From: an uncultured candidatus Porisulfidus sp.
GTDB taxonomy: Bacteria; Pseudomonadota; Gammaproteobacteria; Poriferisulfidales; Poriferisulfidaceae
Direction: 5' to 3'
NCBI GenBank assembly: GCA_965204575.1
Contig: OZ241993.1
Coordinates: 928,001-992,000 of the forward strand
Length of the DNA stretch: 64,000 nt
Part shown: positions 23,006 through 33,109 of the stretch, piece by piece
How the letters are laid out: every line of letters starts with the position of its first letter
Position numbering within the stretch: position 1 is the first letter of the stretch
Position numbers and translations under genes: made by a program
Notes under the pieces: model-generated
The model's database searches: none
The model's input: only the letters and a program-made list of their open reading frames with translations
Told to the model about the DNA's origin: nothing

Positions 23006-25381
23006 ATGCGGCGATATACAGCTGGCCTCGCAGCGGGACTGCTGCTCTGCGTCGCTCCGCTTTTGGCGGTGGCGGATGAGGGTCCGGAAGTGATTGTCAT
23101 CAAGTCGCACCCGCTGGGCGACAAGGGTTTGGCGATGCCGGCGACCAGTCTGCACGGCGAGGCGTTGGATCGGGCGAGAGACGTTAATCTCGGCGCCACG
23201 CTCAGCCGGCAACCCGGCATCCATCAATCGGCATTCGGCACCGTCGTCGGCCGGCCGGTGGTGCACGGCTTGGCCGGCCCGCGGGTACGCGTGATGCAGG
23301 ACCGCCTGGACACGATGGATGCGTCGATCGTGAGTGCCGACCATGCGGTTGCCGTCGAATCGTTCATTGCCGAACGGGTCGAGGTGCTCCGCGGCCCGAG
23401 CATCCTGCTGTACGGCTCCGGTGCCATTGGCGGTGCCGTGAACGTACAGACCGGGCGCATTCCGCAGGCACCGGTCGACGGCTTCTCCGGCGCAACGGAG
23501 GCGCGCCACAACAGCGCGACGGGTGGCGACACCCTTGCGTTCAAACTCAACGGAGGCCAGGGCGGTTTCTCCTGGCACCTGGACGGTGCGACCAAGGATG
23601 GCGACGACTACGACATCCCGGGTTATGCGGAATCGGCCTATCGGCGTGCCCAGGAAGCCGGTCATGACGACGATCACGATGATCATGATGATGAGGGTGA
23701 AAACGGGCATGACGACCACGATGAGGAGGAGCACCACGACGAAGAGGAGCACGAGGAGGAAGCCCGCGACAAACTCTCCGGCAGCCACTTCGAGTCGGAC
23801 TCCATCGCAGGCGGGGCCTCATGGCATGGCGACTGGGGTTTCGCGGGCCTCTCGGTCAGCCGCATGGAATCCAAATATGGCCTGCCGGGGCACGCGCACG
23901 CGCACGGGCATGGGCACGAGGAGGAAGAGGAACACAACGGAGAAGAGGAGCACCATGACGAAGAAGAGCACGCAGAGGAAGAGGAGCACCATGACGAAGA
24001 GGAGCACGCAGAGGAAGAGGGCTCAGCATTGCTGGACATGGAGCAGACGCGCATAGACTTCGAAATGGACCTGCTCTCGCCGTTTGCCAGCGTCGAGCGC
24101 CTCAACATGCGCGTCGGCTACAGCGATTACAAGCACGTGGAATCTGAACCTGGCGCCCATGCCGGCACCAAGTTCTCCAACGACGCCTGGGAAGTGCGCA
24201 CCGAGCTCCACCATGAAGCCGGCCCATGGGAGGGCGTGGCGGGCCTGCAGTACGCCTACCGGGACTTTGAAGCACTCGGCGAGGAAGCCTTTGTCCAGCC
24301 GGCGATCACCAACAACATCGGCGCGTTCTGGGTCGGTCGCCGCACGTACGAGACTTTCGACCTGGAAGCCGGCGTGCGCCTGGAGCGTGTATCGCACAAT
24401 CATAATCCGATAGCGGACGACCATGACCACGAGCATGAAGACGAGCACGAAGGGGAGCACGAGGAGGAGCACGAAGAGGGGAGTGACACGGATTTCACGA
24501 TCCACGCGATTTCCATCGGCGCCCTCGTGCCGCTTGGCGACCGGCTCGAGCTGGGCCTGCTCGCCAGCCATTCCAGCCGTGCGCCCATCGCGGAGGAACT
24601 CTACGCCGGAGGCCCGCATCTGGTCACCACCACCTACGAAATCGGCGACGACGGACTGAGCAAGGAACGTGCCGCCAGCATCGCCTTGCGGCTTCAATAT
24701 GCCGCACCGACCTGGGATGCCGCCGTGTCCACCTACTTCACCCGTTTCTCCGACTACGTCTACTGGCAGGCAACCGGCAGGACGGTGAACAATGCAGGCA
24801 ATGATTGCAATCATGATGCCGCAAACGAAGAAGGGTATGACGACCTAGACGAGGATGCGCAGGCTGAATCCCGCGAGCATTACTGTGAGGAACACGGTGA
24901 TGACTACACCCTCCGGGAAGAAAGGGTTGCGCAGGAAGATGCGGAATTCTTCGGCATCGACGCGGAAGCCAGCGCCCAGGTCGCGTCCTGGCCCGGCGGC
25001 GAGGCGCGCCTGCACGGCAAGTTCGATTACGTGGACGCGAAATTGTCCGTCAGCGGCAATGACCGGCTGCCGCGCATTCCGCCGCTGCGGTACGGCATCG
25101 GGCTGAGCGCCCGCTGGGGCACCGCAACCATGGGCGTCGATTACCTGCGGGCCGAAGACCAGGACGAGACGGCGGAGCACGAACTGCCGACCGACGGCTA
25201 CGACGACCTGTCCGTCCATGCCACGCTGGAGCTTCCGGCCGGCAACGGGGCGACGATGGAATTCTTCCTGTACGGCAAGAACCTGACCAACGACGAACAG
25301 CGCTTGCACACTTCGCACATCAAGGACCTTGCGCCGCAGCCCGGACGCACGTTTGAAGTCGGGGGGCGGCTTCGGTTCTAG
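23006..25381 (+). CDS. TonB-dependent receptor, ZnuD-like (His/Glu-rich zinc uptake type)
   Basis: Signal peptide, plug motifs (GRPVVHGL.GPRV, DHAVAVE, EVLRGPS.LLYGSGAIGGAVN), His/Glu/Asp-rich loops, terminal Phe; start at 23006 or 22910. Confidence 0.88.
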   Translation: MRRYTAGLAAGLLLCVAPLLAVADEGPEVIVIKSHPLGDKGLAMPATSLHGEALDRARDVNLGATLSRQPGIHQSAFGTVVGRPVVHGLAGPRVRVMQDRLDTMDASIVSADHAVAVESFIAERVEVLRGPSILLYGSGAIGGAVNVQTGRIPQAPVDGFSGATEARHNSATGGDTLAFKLNGGQGGFSWHLDGATKDGDDYDIPGYAESAYRRAQEAGHDDDHDDHDDEGENGHDDHDEEEHHDEEEHEEEARDKLSGSHFESDSIAGGASWHGDWGFAGLSVSRMESKYGLPGHAHAHGHGHEEEEEHNGEEEHHDEEEHAEEEEHHDEEEHAEEEGSALLDMEQTRIDFEMDLLSPFASVERLNMRVGYSDYKHVESEPGAHAGTKFSNDAWEVRTELHHEAGPWEGVAGLQYAYRDFEALGEEAFVQPAITNNIGAFWVGRRTYETFDLEAGVRLERVSHNHNPIADDHDHEHEDEHEGEHEEEHEEGSDTDFTIHAISIGALVPLGDRLELGLLASHSSRAPIAEELYAGGPHLVTTTYEIGDDGLSKERAASIALRLQYAAPTWDAAVSTYFTRFSDYVYWQATGRTVNNAGNDCNHDAANEEGYDDLDEDAQAESREHYCEEHGDDYTLREERVAQEDAEFFGIDAEASAQVASWPGGEARLHGKFDYVDAKLSVSGNDRLPRIPPLRYGIGLSARWGTATMGVDYLRAEDQDETAEHELPTDGYDDLSVHATLELPAGNGATMEFFLYGKNLTNDEQRLHTSHIKDLAPQPGRTFEVGGRLRF
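23942..24013 (+). repeat. 36-bp in-frame tandem duplication (EEEHHDEEEHAE x2)
   Basis: GAAGAGGAGCACCATGACGAAGARGAGCACGCAGAG occurs twice with one mismatch. Confidence 0.9.
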
Positions 25382-25429
25382 GCGGGCATCCGCAACCCGG
25401 CGCGGGTGCTGACCGCGGGGGAGGCTCTA

Positions 25430-25438
25430 TGCTACAAT
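25430..25438 (+). promoter_or_regulatory. Extended -10 promoter for rpsO-pnp
   Basis: TGCTACAAT followed by the GC-rich discriminator GCGCGCCC. Confidence 0.55.
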
Positions 25439-25498
25439 GCGCGCCCTAATTCAAGGGCGCCGCGGGCGCCGTTTTTGCTTCCTTACAGACAGTTTTCC

Positions 25499-25768
25499 AT
25501 GTCACTTTCTGCGCAAGAAAAGTCTGAGATCGTCGGAAAATACCAGCGCGCACCGAACGACGTCGGCTCGCCCGAGGTACAGGTCGCGTTGCTGACCTCC
25601 CGGATCAATCAGGTAATGAAGCATTTCGAGACGCATCCCAAGGATCGGCACTCGCGCTACGGCCTGATGAAGATGGTCCATGCCCGCCGCGGACTGCTCA
25701 AGCACCTGCGCGGCCAGGACCACGAACGCTACGCGTCGCTGATCAAGTCCCTGGGACTGCGTCGCTGA
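25499..25768 (+). CDS. rpsO: 30S ribosomal protein S15
   Basis: MSLSAQEK..D.GSPEVQVALLT.RI...H.KD.HSR.GL...LGLRR, 89 aa. Confidence 0.98.
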   Translation: MSLSAQEKSEIVGKYQRAPNDVGSPEVQVALLTSRINQVMKHFETHPKDRHSRYGLMKMVHARRGLLKHLRGQDHERYASLIKSLGLRR

Positions 25769-25860
25769 TCTCTCTTTCACGAGTTCCCGATTTGACCCAG
25801 TTTTCCCGCCGGTCCTGATTTGGAGCGGTTTCTTACACATTTCACAGGATTCCCTAGTTT

Positions 25861-27957
25861 ATGAACCCGATTACCCAAACTTTCCAGTACGGCGACCATG
25901 AGGTCACCCTAGAGACGGGCGAGATCGCCCGGCAGGCTTCCGGCGCGGTGCTGGTGCGCATGGCCGAGACTGCGGTGCTGGTCACCGCCGTCGGTCGCAA
26001 GGACGAAGACACCGGCAAGGACTTCCTCCCGCTGACCGTCAACTACCAGGAAAAGACCTATTCGGCCGGCCGCATTCCCGGCGGCTTCTTCAAGCGGGAA
26101 GGGCGCCCCAGCGAGAAGGAGATCCTGACCTCGCGCCTGATCGACCGGCCGATCCGCCCGCTGTTCCCGAAAGGCTACAACCAGGAAGTCCAGATCATCG
26201 CCAACGTGCTGTGTCTGAACAAGGACCTGGATCCGGACATTCCCGCAATGCTCGGGGCCTCGGCGGCCTTGGCAGTCTCCGGGATGCCCTTTCAGGGTCC
26301 GATCGCGGGCGCTCGGGTCGGCTATGTAGACGGAAATTATGTGCTCAACCCGACCGCTCAGCAACTGGAGCAAAGCCAGCTGGACCTGGTGGTCGCGGGG
26401 ACGCGCAGCGCCGTGCTGATGGTCGAATCCCAGGCGGACCTTCTGCCGGAGCAGACGATGCTGGATGCGGTCCTGTTCGGTCACGAACAGATGCAGGTGG
26501 CGATCGACGCCATCGAGAAACTGCGCGATGCGGCCAGTCCCCCGGACTGGGGCTGGGCTGCGCCGGAGACCGACGAGGACCTCGCCTCCAAGATGGACTC
26601 GCTGTGCCGGGAAGACCTGGTCGCGTCCTACCAGATCGCGGAGAAGATGGAGCGTCAGGACCGGGTCGCGGAGATCCGGGACAAGGCCAAGGAGCAACTG
26701 GTCTCCGAAGAGGACGGTCGGGACGAAGGCAAGGTCAAGGACGCGTTCAAGAGCCTGGAGAAATCCATCGTCCGCCAGCGCGTGCTGTCCGGCGAGTCGC
26801 GCATCGACGGGCGCGGGCGTGCCGACGTGCGCCAGATTTCGGTCCGGACCGGGCTGTTCCCGCGCACCCACGGCAGCGCGTTGTTCACGCGCGGCGAGAC
26901 CCAGGCGATGGTGATGACCACCCTGGGCACCACCCGCGACGCGCAGATCATCGACGCCCTGGAAGGGGAGTACCGCGACCCGTTCCTGCTGCACTACAAC
27001 TTCCCGCCGTTTTCGGTCGGGGAGGTCAGCATGATGCTGGCGCCGAAGCGGCGCGAGATCGGCCACGGCAAGCTGGCGAAGCGCGGCATGATGGCCGTGA
27101 TGCCGGATCCGGAGGAGTTCCCCTACGTCATTCGCATCGTGTCCGAGATTACCGAGTCGAACGGTTCGAGCTCGATGGCCACGGTCTGCGGCAGCAGCCT
27201 GTCGCTGATGGACGCCGGGGTGCCGATCAAGTCCGCGGTGGCCGGGATCGCGATGGGCCTGATCAAGGAGGGCGACGAGTTCGCCGTGCTCAGCGACATC
27301 CTCGGCGACGAGGATCACCTGGGCGACATGGACTTCAAGGTGGCGGGCACCCGCGAGGGCATCACCGCGCTGCAGATGGACATCAAGATCGACGGCATCA
27401 CCCGCGAGATCATGGAGCAGGCCCTGTCCCAGGCCCAGGCCGGGCGGCTGCACATCCTCGACGAGATGGACAAGGGCCTGGCGGCCCCGCGCGAGACGAT
27501 GTCGGACTACGCGCCGCGCTTTTTGACCCTGCGCATCAACCCGGAGAAGATCCGCGACGTGATCGGCAAGGGCGGGGCGACGATCCGTGCCCTGACCGAG
27601 GAGACCGGCACCACCATCGACATCGACGACGACGGCCTGGTTCGGATTGCCTCGACCGACAGCGCGGCCGCCGAGGATGCGCGCGAGCGCATCGAACTGC
27701 TGACCAGCGAGGTGGAGATCGGCAAAGTCTACACCGGCAAGGTGGTCCGGATCATGGACTTCGGCGCGTTCGTCGGCCTCAAGCCGGGCAAGGACGGCCT
27801 GGTGCATATCTCGCAGATCGCGGAATACCGCGTCAAGAGCGTGGACGACGAATTGTCCGAAGGACAGATGGTCAATGTCAAGGTGCTGGACGTCGACAAG
27901 CTCGGCCGGGTCAAACTCACCATGAAGGAGGTGCAGCAGCCGCAGCCGGGAGAGTGA
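25861..27957 (+). CDS. pnp: Polyribonucleotide nucleotidyltransferase
   Basis: [47 protein letters not shown] and S1 domains. Confidence 0.99.
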   Translation: MNPITQTFQYGDHEVTLETGEIARQASGAVLVRMAETAVLVTAVGRKDEDTGKDFLPLTVNYQEKTYSAGRIPGGFFKREGRPSEKEILTSRLIDRPIRPLFPKGYNQEVQIIANVLCLNKDLDPDIPAMLGASAALAVSGMPFQGPIAGARVGYVDGNYVLNPTAQQLEQSQLDLVVAGTRSAVLMVESQADLLPEQTMLDAVLFGHEQMQVAIDAIEKLRDAASPPDWGWAAPETDEDLASKMDSLCREDLVASYQIAEKMERQDRVAEIRDKAKEQLVSEEDGRDEGKVKDAFKSLEKSIVRQRVLSGESRIDGRGRADVRQISVRTGLFPRTHGSALFTRGETQAMVMTTLGTTRDAQIIDALEGEYRDPFLLHYNFPPFSVGEVSMMLAPKRREIGHGKLAKRGMMAVMPDPEEFPYVIRIVSEITESNGSSSMATVCGSSLSLMDAGVPIKSAVAGIAMGLIKEGDEFAVLSDILGDEDHLGDMDFKVAGTREGITALQMDIKIDGITREIMEQALSQAQAGRLHILDEMDKGLAAPRETMSDYAPRFLTLRINPEKIRDVIGKGGATIRALTEETGTTIDIDDDGLVRIASTDSAAAEDARERIELLTSEVEIGKVYTGKVVRIMDFGAFVGLKPGKDGLVHISQIAEYRVKSVDDELSEGQMVNVKVLDVDKLGRVKLTMKEVQQPQPGE

Positions 27958-28049
27958 GTTTGCTGTGATAACATAAAGCCGTTACGGACGGGGCCGGGTC
28001 ACCGGCATCAGTCCGCGACAATAAAAACGTCACTGGCAGGAGACCAACA

Positions 28050-28229
28050 ATGCAAGTAACCTGGGATGAAAATGTCTGCATTCACGCTGGGAAGTGTGTG
28101 GCAGGCGCACCTGAAGTTTTCAAGGTCGAAGATGGACAGTTCAAGATTGATGTGACCGCAGCACCGGAGGATAAGGTGCGGGACGTGGTTGCACAATGCC
28201 CATCCGGAGCCCTGAAAATACAAGAATAA
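28050..28229 (+). CDS. Small divergent 4Fe-4S/3Fe-4S ferredoxin-like protein (YjdI/Fer4_19 type), absent from the ORF track
   Basis: MQVTWDENVCIHAGKCVAGAPEVF...VVAQCPSGALKIQE*, 59 aa; AGGAG RBS. Confidence 0.88.
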   Translation: MQVTWDENVCIHAGKCVAGAPEVFKVEDGQFKIDVTAAPEDKVRDVVAQCPSGALKIQE

Positions 28230-28263
28230 CTCATAACTTCAAATACCTGAGAAGGGGGCAATT

Positions 28264-28917
28264 ATGATTGGCGACAAGCTCGCAAATGCCATGAACCTCT
28301 TCGGCCACCCGAGTTGCATCAACACCGCGAAGTGTATGCAAACGGCGGGCGAGAAGGGTGTCGATATCGAGGCACACGTAATCCAAGGACCCGACGACGT
28401 CCTGTCCATGTCTCCGCTGGGGAGTGCCCCGGTGCTCAAGGACCTGGACAATGTCGTGTACGGGACGATCGCGATCATGTCCTACCTGGACGACAAGGGA
28501 TTCGGTCCCTCACTGGTGCCGCGCAACGGCGTGCTCCGGGCGCAGATGTACCAGTGGGCGCATATCGTGGTTGATTACGCCCAGCCTGCTGCAAGCGCCG
28601 ACGGCGGGGACCGGGATCAACTGACCAAGCTGTACGATCTTCTGGAGCAGCGTCTGCAGTCTCCGCCCAAGCAGGGCGGCTTCATCTGCGGAGAGTTCAC
28701 CCTGGCCGACATCCACTGGAGCGCCTGCACCAACATGCTGGTGAACTCCGGGGCTTCGGACCTGGTGGATTCGCGGGGTGCGGTCAAGAGCTGGTGGGAC
28801 GCGGTCAAGTCGCATCCGAGCACCAGCAAGGAAAAGTTGAATCCGTTCGACGTATTACCGACCAAGGCGGACATGGATTCCGGCACGTTGCGTAACGTCG
28901 CGATCAACGTCCTCTGA
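28264..28917 (+). CDS. Glutathione S-transferase family protein
   Basis: SPLG.APVL.D...AIMSYLDDK N-domain; FICGEFTLADIH C-domain. Confidence 0.85.
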   Translation: MIGDKLANAMNLFGHPSCINTAKCMQTAGEKGVDIEAHVIQGPDDVLSMSPLGSAPVLKDLDNVVYGTIAIMSYLDDKGFGPSLVPRNGVLRAQMYQWAHIVVDYAQPAASADGGDRDQLTKLYDLLEQRLQSPPKQGGFICGEFTLADIHWSACTNMLVNSGASDLVDSRGAVKSWWDAVKSHPSTSKEKLNPFDVLPTKADMDSGTLRNVAINVL

Positions 28918-28978
28918 CACGGGCAGCCACAGCCTGCGCCCGGCCTGAACAAGTCTGCGCAGACGGACGGACAGGTCA

Positions 28979-30070
28979 ATGCTGTGGGGTTTATTTGGCG
29001 GGAAACGGGATCGTCAGGCCCGAATCAATGATGACCCGTCCCTGCTGACGGTTCAAGCTGGCCAAGACCTGCTTTCGGCTGCGCTGGAAGCGGGTCTCGC
29101 ATGGCCACACGACTGCCGGCAGGGGAATTGCAGCACCTGCCGCTGCCGGATCACCTCCGGCAAGGTCAAGGGCCGGACCGATTTCGAAACCGTCCTGACT
29201 CCTGCCGAACTGAAGGAAGGCTGGGTGCTCGCCTGCCAGAGCGAACTGCGCAGCGACATCGAGGTCGAGGTCGAACTGACCTCCGAAGAACCCCAGGCGG
29301 CGGTCGCCCACTATCAGGGCACGATCACCCGGATGGCTTCGCTGACGCACGACATCGTCGAACTGACCGTGCAGGTGCCGGGTCTGCAACGTGCCGGGGT
29401 GGCCGGGCAGTACGCGGAACTGAGTTACGACGGCCTGAGCGTGCCGCGTTCCTATTCATTCGCCAAGGCGCCGAGCAACGAACAGGAAGAGGAGATCTCG
29501 TTCTATATCCGGAAGGTGCCGGGCGGGGAATTCACGGAATGGCTGTTCGCCGAGGATCGCACCGGGACCGAGTTGAAGGTTTCTCTGCCGTACGGGGGGT
29601 TCCGCTACCATCCGGAGTCCGGTCCCATGATCTGCATCGCCGGAGGATCCGGCATGAGCGCGATCAGGGCGGTACTGGAGCAGGCCGTGCTCGACCAGGT
29701 GGAGCGCGACGCGCTGTTCCTGTTCGGCGCGCGGACCCAGCAGGACCTGTACGGGGAGGAGGCAATGGGGGCGATCCGTCGCCAGTGGCACCCCGACTAC
29801 AAATTCGAATATGTCGAGGTTCTGAACATGGAGCCCGAAGACAGCGACTGGACCGGTCCGCGCGGGCTGGTGACCGACTATCTCAAGGAGGCCTATGTCG
29901 AGCCGAAGATGTTTGACATGGCCGCCTGCCAGGGCTATTTGTGCGGCCCTCCCCCAATGATCGACGCCGCGGTTGAAGTACTCAAGGCCGAAGGCATGAG
30001 CGGCGATCAGGTCTTCTTCGACAAGTTCCTGGACGCCAGTTCCATGCCGGGCGGGCGCCCGGGCGCTTAA
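28979..30070 (+). CDS. 2Fe-2S ferredoxin / FAD / NAD(P)H reductase (monooxygenase reductase type)
   Basis: CRQGNCSTC...LACQ, RSYSFA, GGEFT, IAGGSGMS, YLCGPPPMID, FFDKF. Confidence 0.92.
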   Translation: MLWGLFGGKRDRQARINDDPSLLTVQAGQDLLSAALEAGLAWPHDCRQGNCSTCRCRITSGKVKGRTDFETVLTPAELKEGWVLACQSELRSDIEVEVELTSEEPQAAVAHYQGTITRMASLTHDIVELTVQVPGLQRAGVAGQYAELSYDGLSVPRSYSFAKAPSNEQEEEISFYIRKVPGGEFTEWLFAEDRTGTELKVSLPYGGFRYHPESGPMICIAGGSGMSAIRAVLEQAVLDQVERDALFLFGARTQQDLYGEEAMGAIRRQWHPDYKFEYVEVLNMEPEDSDWTGPRGLVTDYLKEAYVEPKMFDMAACQGYLCGPPPMIDAAVEVLKAEGMSGDQVFFDKFLDASSMPGGRPGA

Positions 30071-30110
30071 TGTAAAATGCCTTTCGGCTCACTGACCTGA
30101 GGAGAAAACG

Positions 30111-30335
30111 ATGCGGCTCAAGGAAGTAATCGGCATTATTGTCATGGGAGTGTGGATTGCCGCCGGAGTGATGGCGATGAATTGGTTCGGTTTCGCGAAC
30201 CATCTGCACGATCCGCTGTGGAGCCTCGGTGCGGCAATTGCGCTTCTGGCCATCATCGTGGTCGGGGTCGCGATTTTCTTCGCCGTAGCCAAGGAAAGCC
30301 CGTGGATCTGGTTCGGCGAATCGGATTCGAACTGA
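30111..30335 (+). CDS. Small two-TM membrane protein of unknown function
   Basis: 74 aa, two hydrophobic stretches, GAGGAG RBS. Confidence 0.75.
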   Translation: MRLKEVIGIIVMGVWIAAGVMAMNWFGFANHLHDPLWSLGAAIALLAIIVVGVAIFFAVAKESPWIWFGESDSN

Positions 30336-30395
30336 TCCCGCTTCACTGCAGTTTTTCTGACAAGCCCGCCGCCAAGAACGGCGGGCGCCCCGCCG

Positions 30396-31166
30396 ATGCC
30401 GGCTGAGGCGATTCCAGCATTTCAGGACAATTACCTGTGGCTGATGTCCGGTCACGGGAAGGGCGTGCTCGTGGACCCGGGAGATGCCGGGCCCGTGATG
30501 GAAGCCCTTGAAACCCGGCAACTGGAACTGTCCACGATCCTGATTACCCATCACCATGCGGATCACATTGGTGGCGTGGCCGAATTGCGGTCAGCTTGGC
30601 CGAATGTTCAGGTTTTCGGGCCCGAAGATCCGAGGATTCCAGCTGACTTCCGGGTCTCCGAAGGAATGACGGTGAGCCTCGAGGCGCTGGGGCTTGGCAC
30701 GTTCGAGGTCATGGAGGTGCCGGGGCACACACGAAGCCACATTGCCTACTACGGCGGTGGCGATCTGTACTGCGGCGATACGGTGTTCGTGTGCGGCTGC
30801 GGGCGCCTGTTCGAGGGGACTCCAGAGCAGATGCATTCCTCCTTGTCCAAGATCCGCCGCTTGCCGGAAGAGACCCGGGTGTATTGCGCGCATGAATACA
30901 CGCTGGACAACGTGGAGTTCGCCCTCTGGGTCGAACCCGACAATGAAGACCTGAAGTCCTACCAGGCGGAAGCCATGACGATGCGGGAGGCGGGGACGCC
31001 TACGGTGCCTTCTACCCTTGGCCAGGAAAAGAAATGCAATCCGTTCCTGCGCTTCGATGCGCCTGCGGTGGTGGCGGCGGCGCAACGCCGCATGGGCCGG
31101 ACGGATTTGGAGGAATACGAAGTGTTCGGAGAGATCCGCCGTTGGAAAGATACGGAGTTCGACTGA
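30396..31166 (+). CDS. gloB: Hydroxyacylglutathione hydrolase (glyoxalase II)
   Basis: AIPAFQDNYLW, THHHADHIGG, PGHT, GDT.F..GCGRLFEGT, CAHEYT, NPFLR. Confidence 0.96.
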   Translation: MPAEAIPAFQDNYLWLMSGHGKGVLVDPGDAGPVMEALETRQLELSTILITHHHADHIGGVAELRSAWPNVQVFGPEDPRIPADFRVSEGMTVSLEALGLGTFEVMEVPGHTRSHIAYYGGGDLYCGDTVFVCGCGRLFEGTPEQMHSSLSKIRRLPEETRVYCAHEYTLDNVEFALWVEPDNEDLKSYQAEAMTMREAGTPTVPSTLGQEKKCNPFLRFDAPAVVAAAQRRMGRTDLEEYEVFGEIRRWKDTEFD

Positions 31167-31181
31167 ACCGGAGGCGGTTGC

Positions 31182-32855
31182 TCAGGATCGCCGGCGGATT
31201 TTCTCCCAAGTATCGCGCAGGCTTACCGTGCGGTTGAAGATCAACCGGTCCGGTGCAGATTCCGTGTCCTGGCAAAAATACCCCTGCCTCTCGAACTGGA
31301 TGCGAATCCGCGTCGGCAGGCAGCGAATCTCCGGTTCGACCCGGCACTCCTGCATGTCGATGCGGGAATCCTCGTTAAGTGTGGTGATCAGGTCGGATTC
31401 GGCGGCTGGATCCGGCACCTTGAACAGGCGATCGTAAAGACGAACCTCGGCAGGGACGGCCTGTTCGGCCGACACCCAGTGCAGGGTCCCGCGCACCTTG
31501 CGTCCGTCCGGTGCATCCCCGCCGCGCGTCTCCGGATCGTAGGTGCAGTGCAGGGCGATGATGTCGCCATCGGCATTCCGCTCCACTTCCTGGCAGGTAA
31601 TGAAATAGGCGTAGCGCAGACGGACTTCCCGGTCCGGTGCGAGGCGGAAGAATTTCTTCGGCGGATCCTCCATGAAGTCGGACCGCTCGATGTACAGTTC
31701 GCGGCTGAACGGCACCTGGCGGGTACCCATGGAGGGATCGTTCGGGTGGTTCGGGGCCTCCAGCATTTCGGTCTGGCCCTCGGGATAGTTGGTCAAGACG
31801 ACCCGGACCGGGTCCAGGACCGCCATTAGGCGGGGCGCCTGGGCATTCAGGACGTCCCGGATGCTGTCTTCCAGCACGCTCATGGAAATGCGGCTGTCTT
31901 TCTTGGTGACGCCGATGGCGTGGCAGAAATTCCGGATTGATTCGGGGGTATAGCCCCGGCGGCGGAGGCTGCGCAGGGTCGGCAGTCGCGGGTCGTCCCA
32001 GCCGTTCACATGTCCATCCTGGACCAGGCGCTGCAGCAGGCGCTTGCTGACCACCGTGTATTCCAGCGACAGGCGGGAGAATTCGATCTGCTGCGGATGG
32101 CAGGGTACGTCCAGATGGTCGAGGATCCAGTCGTAAAGCAGGCGGTGATCCTCGAATTCAAGCGTACACAGGGAATGGGTGATCCCTTCCAGCGAATCGG
32201 ACAGGCAGTGGGTGAAGTCGTACATGGGGTAGATCGACCAGGCATTGCCGGTGCGATGGTGTCGCTGGCGGCGGATACGGTACAACACCGGATCGCGCAT
32301 GTTGATGTTGTCGGCATCCATGCTGATGCGCGCGCGCAATACGTGTGATCCTTCGGGGAATTCGCCGGCCCGCATGCGGCCGAACAGGTCCAGGTTCTCC
32401 TCGATGCTGCGGTTACGGTGTGGGCTGTCGGTGCCCGGTTCGGTCAGCGTGCCCCGGGTCTCCCGGATGGTTTCGCTGTCCTGGCTGTCGACATAGGCGT
32501 GTCCGTTACGGATTAGATCGACCGCATAGCCGTGCAACTGGTCGAAATAGTCCGAGGCATGGCACAGGTTGCGCCATTCATAGCCCAGCCAACGCACGTC
32601 TTCTTCAATCGCGTAGGCGTATTCGGCCTCTTCCTTTTCGGGGTTGGTGTCGTCGAAGCGCAGGTTGCAGTGGCCGCCGAAGGATTCCGCCATGTCGAAA
32701 TTTAGGCAGATGGACTTGGCGTGGCCGATATGCAGGTACCCGTTCGGTTCGGGGGGGAACCGGGTCACAACTCGCGAGCATTTGCCGGAGCCCAGGTCTT
32801 CTTCGATGATCCGCCGGATGAAGTGGGTTTTCGGCGGAGTTTCCGGCTCGGGCAT
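31182..32855 (-). CDS. glnS: Glutamine--tRNA ligase
   Basis: [43 protein letters not shown]. Confidence 0.98.
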   Translation of the reverse strand: MPEPETPPKTHFIRRIIEEDLGSGKCSRVVTRFPPEPNGYLHIGHAKSICLNFDMAESFGGHCNLRFDDTNPEKEEAEYAYAIEEDVRWLGYEWRNLCHASDYFDQLHGYAVDLIRNGHAYVDSQDSETIRETRGTLTEPGTDSPHRNRSIEENLDLFGRMRAGEFPEGSHVLRARISMDADNINMRDPVLYRIRRQRHHRTGNAWSIYPMYDFTHCLSDSLEGITHSLCTLEFEDHRLLYDWILDHLDVPCHPQQIEFSRLSLEYTVVSKRLLQRLVQDGHVNGWDDPRLPTLRSLRRRGYTPESIRNFCHAIGVTKKDSRISMSVLEDSIRDVLNAQAPRLMAVLDPVRVVLTNYPEGQTEMLEAPNHPNDPSMGTRQVPFSRELYIERSDFMEDPPKKFFRLAPDREVRLRYAYFITCQEVERNADGDIIALHCTYDPETRGGDAPDGRKVRGTLHWVSAEQAVPAEVRLYDRLFKVPDPAAESDLITTLNEDSRIDMQECRVEPEIRCLPTRIRIQFERQGYFCQDTESAPDRLIFNRTVSLRDTWEKIRRRS

Positions 32856-33039
32856 TGAATAAAAGGGCTGAAAACAACTATTTTAACTGCATGGAACCTA
32901 ATTCCCGGAGGAAACCTAGTTGGGGTGTCAACCTAAAGCTGAAACTTTCCTTTTTCAGTAGATCGCTCAGTCTGTATCATTTTCCGTGCTAGAATTTCCG
33001 GCGCCCAGTTCCTTGACGAAATCATTCGGAGGAATTTCA

Positions 33040-33102
33040 ATGTCATGGACGGGCGTGCCGCAAACGAGCCTGCCTGCCTTTCTAGGCTCACCCCCTCTTT
33101 AA
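33040..33102 (+). other. Possible 20-aa small ORF or 5' remnant of a lost gene
   Basis: TGCTAGAAT extended -10 at 32987-32995, GGAGG RBS, then MSWTGVPQTSLPAFLGSPPL*. Confidence 0.35.
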
Positions 33103-33109
33103 TCATTTT

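Noticed and set aside
23650-24490. Repetitive GAG/GAA/CAC DNA as a possible CRISPR array
   Set aside because: In-frame low-complexity coding sequence with no repeat-spacer periodicity and no cas genes
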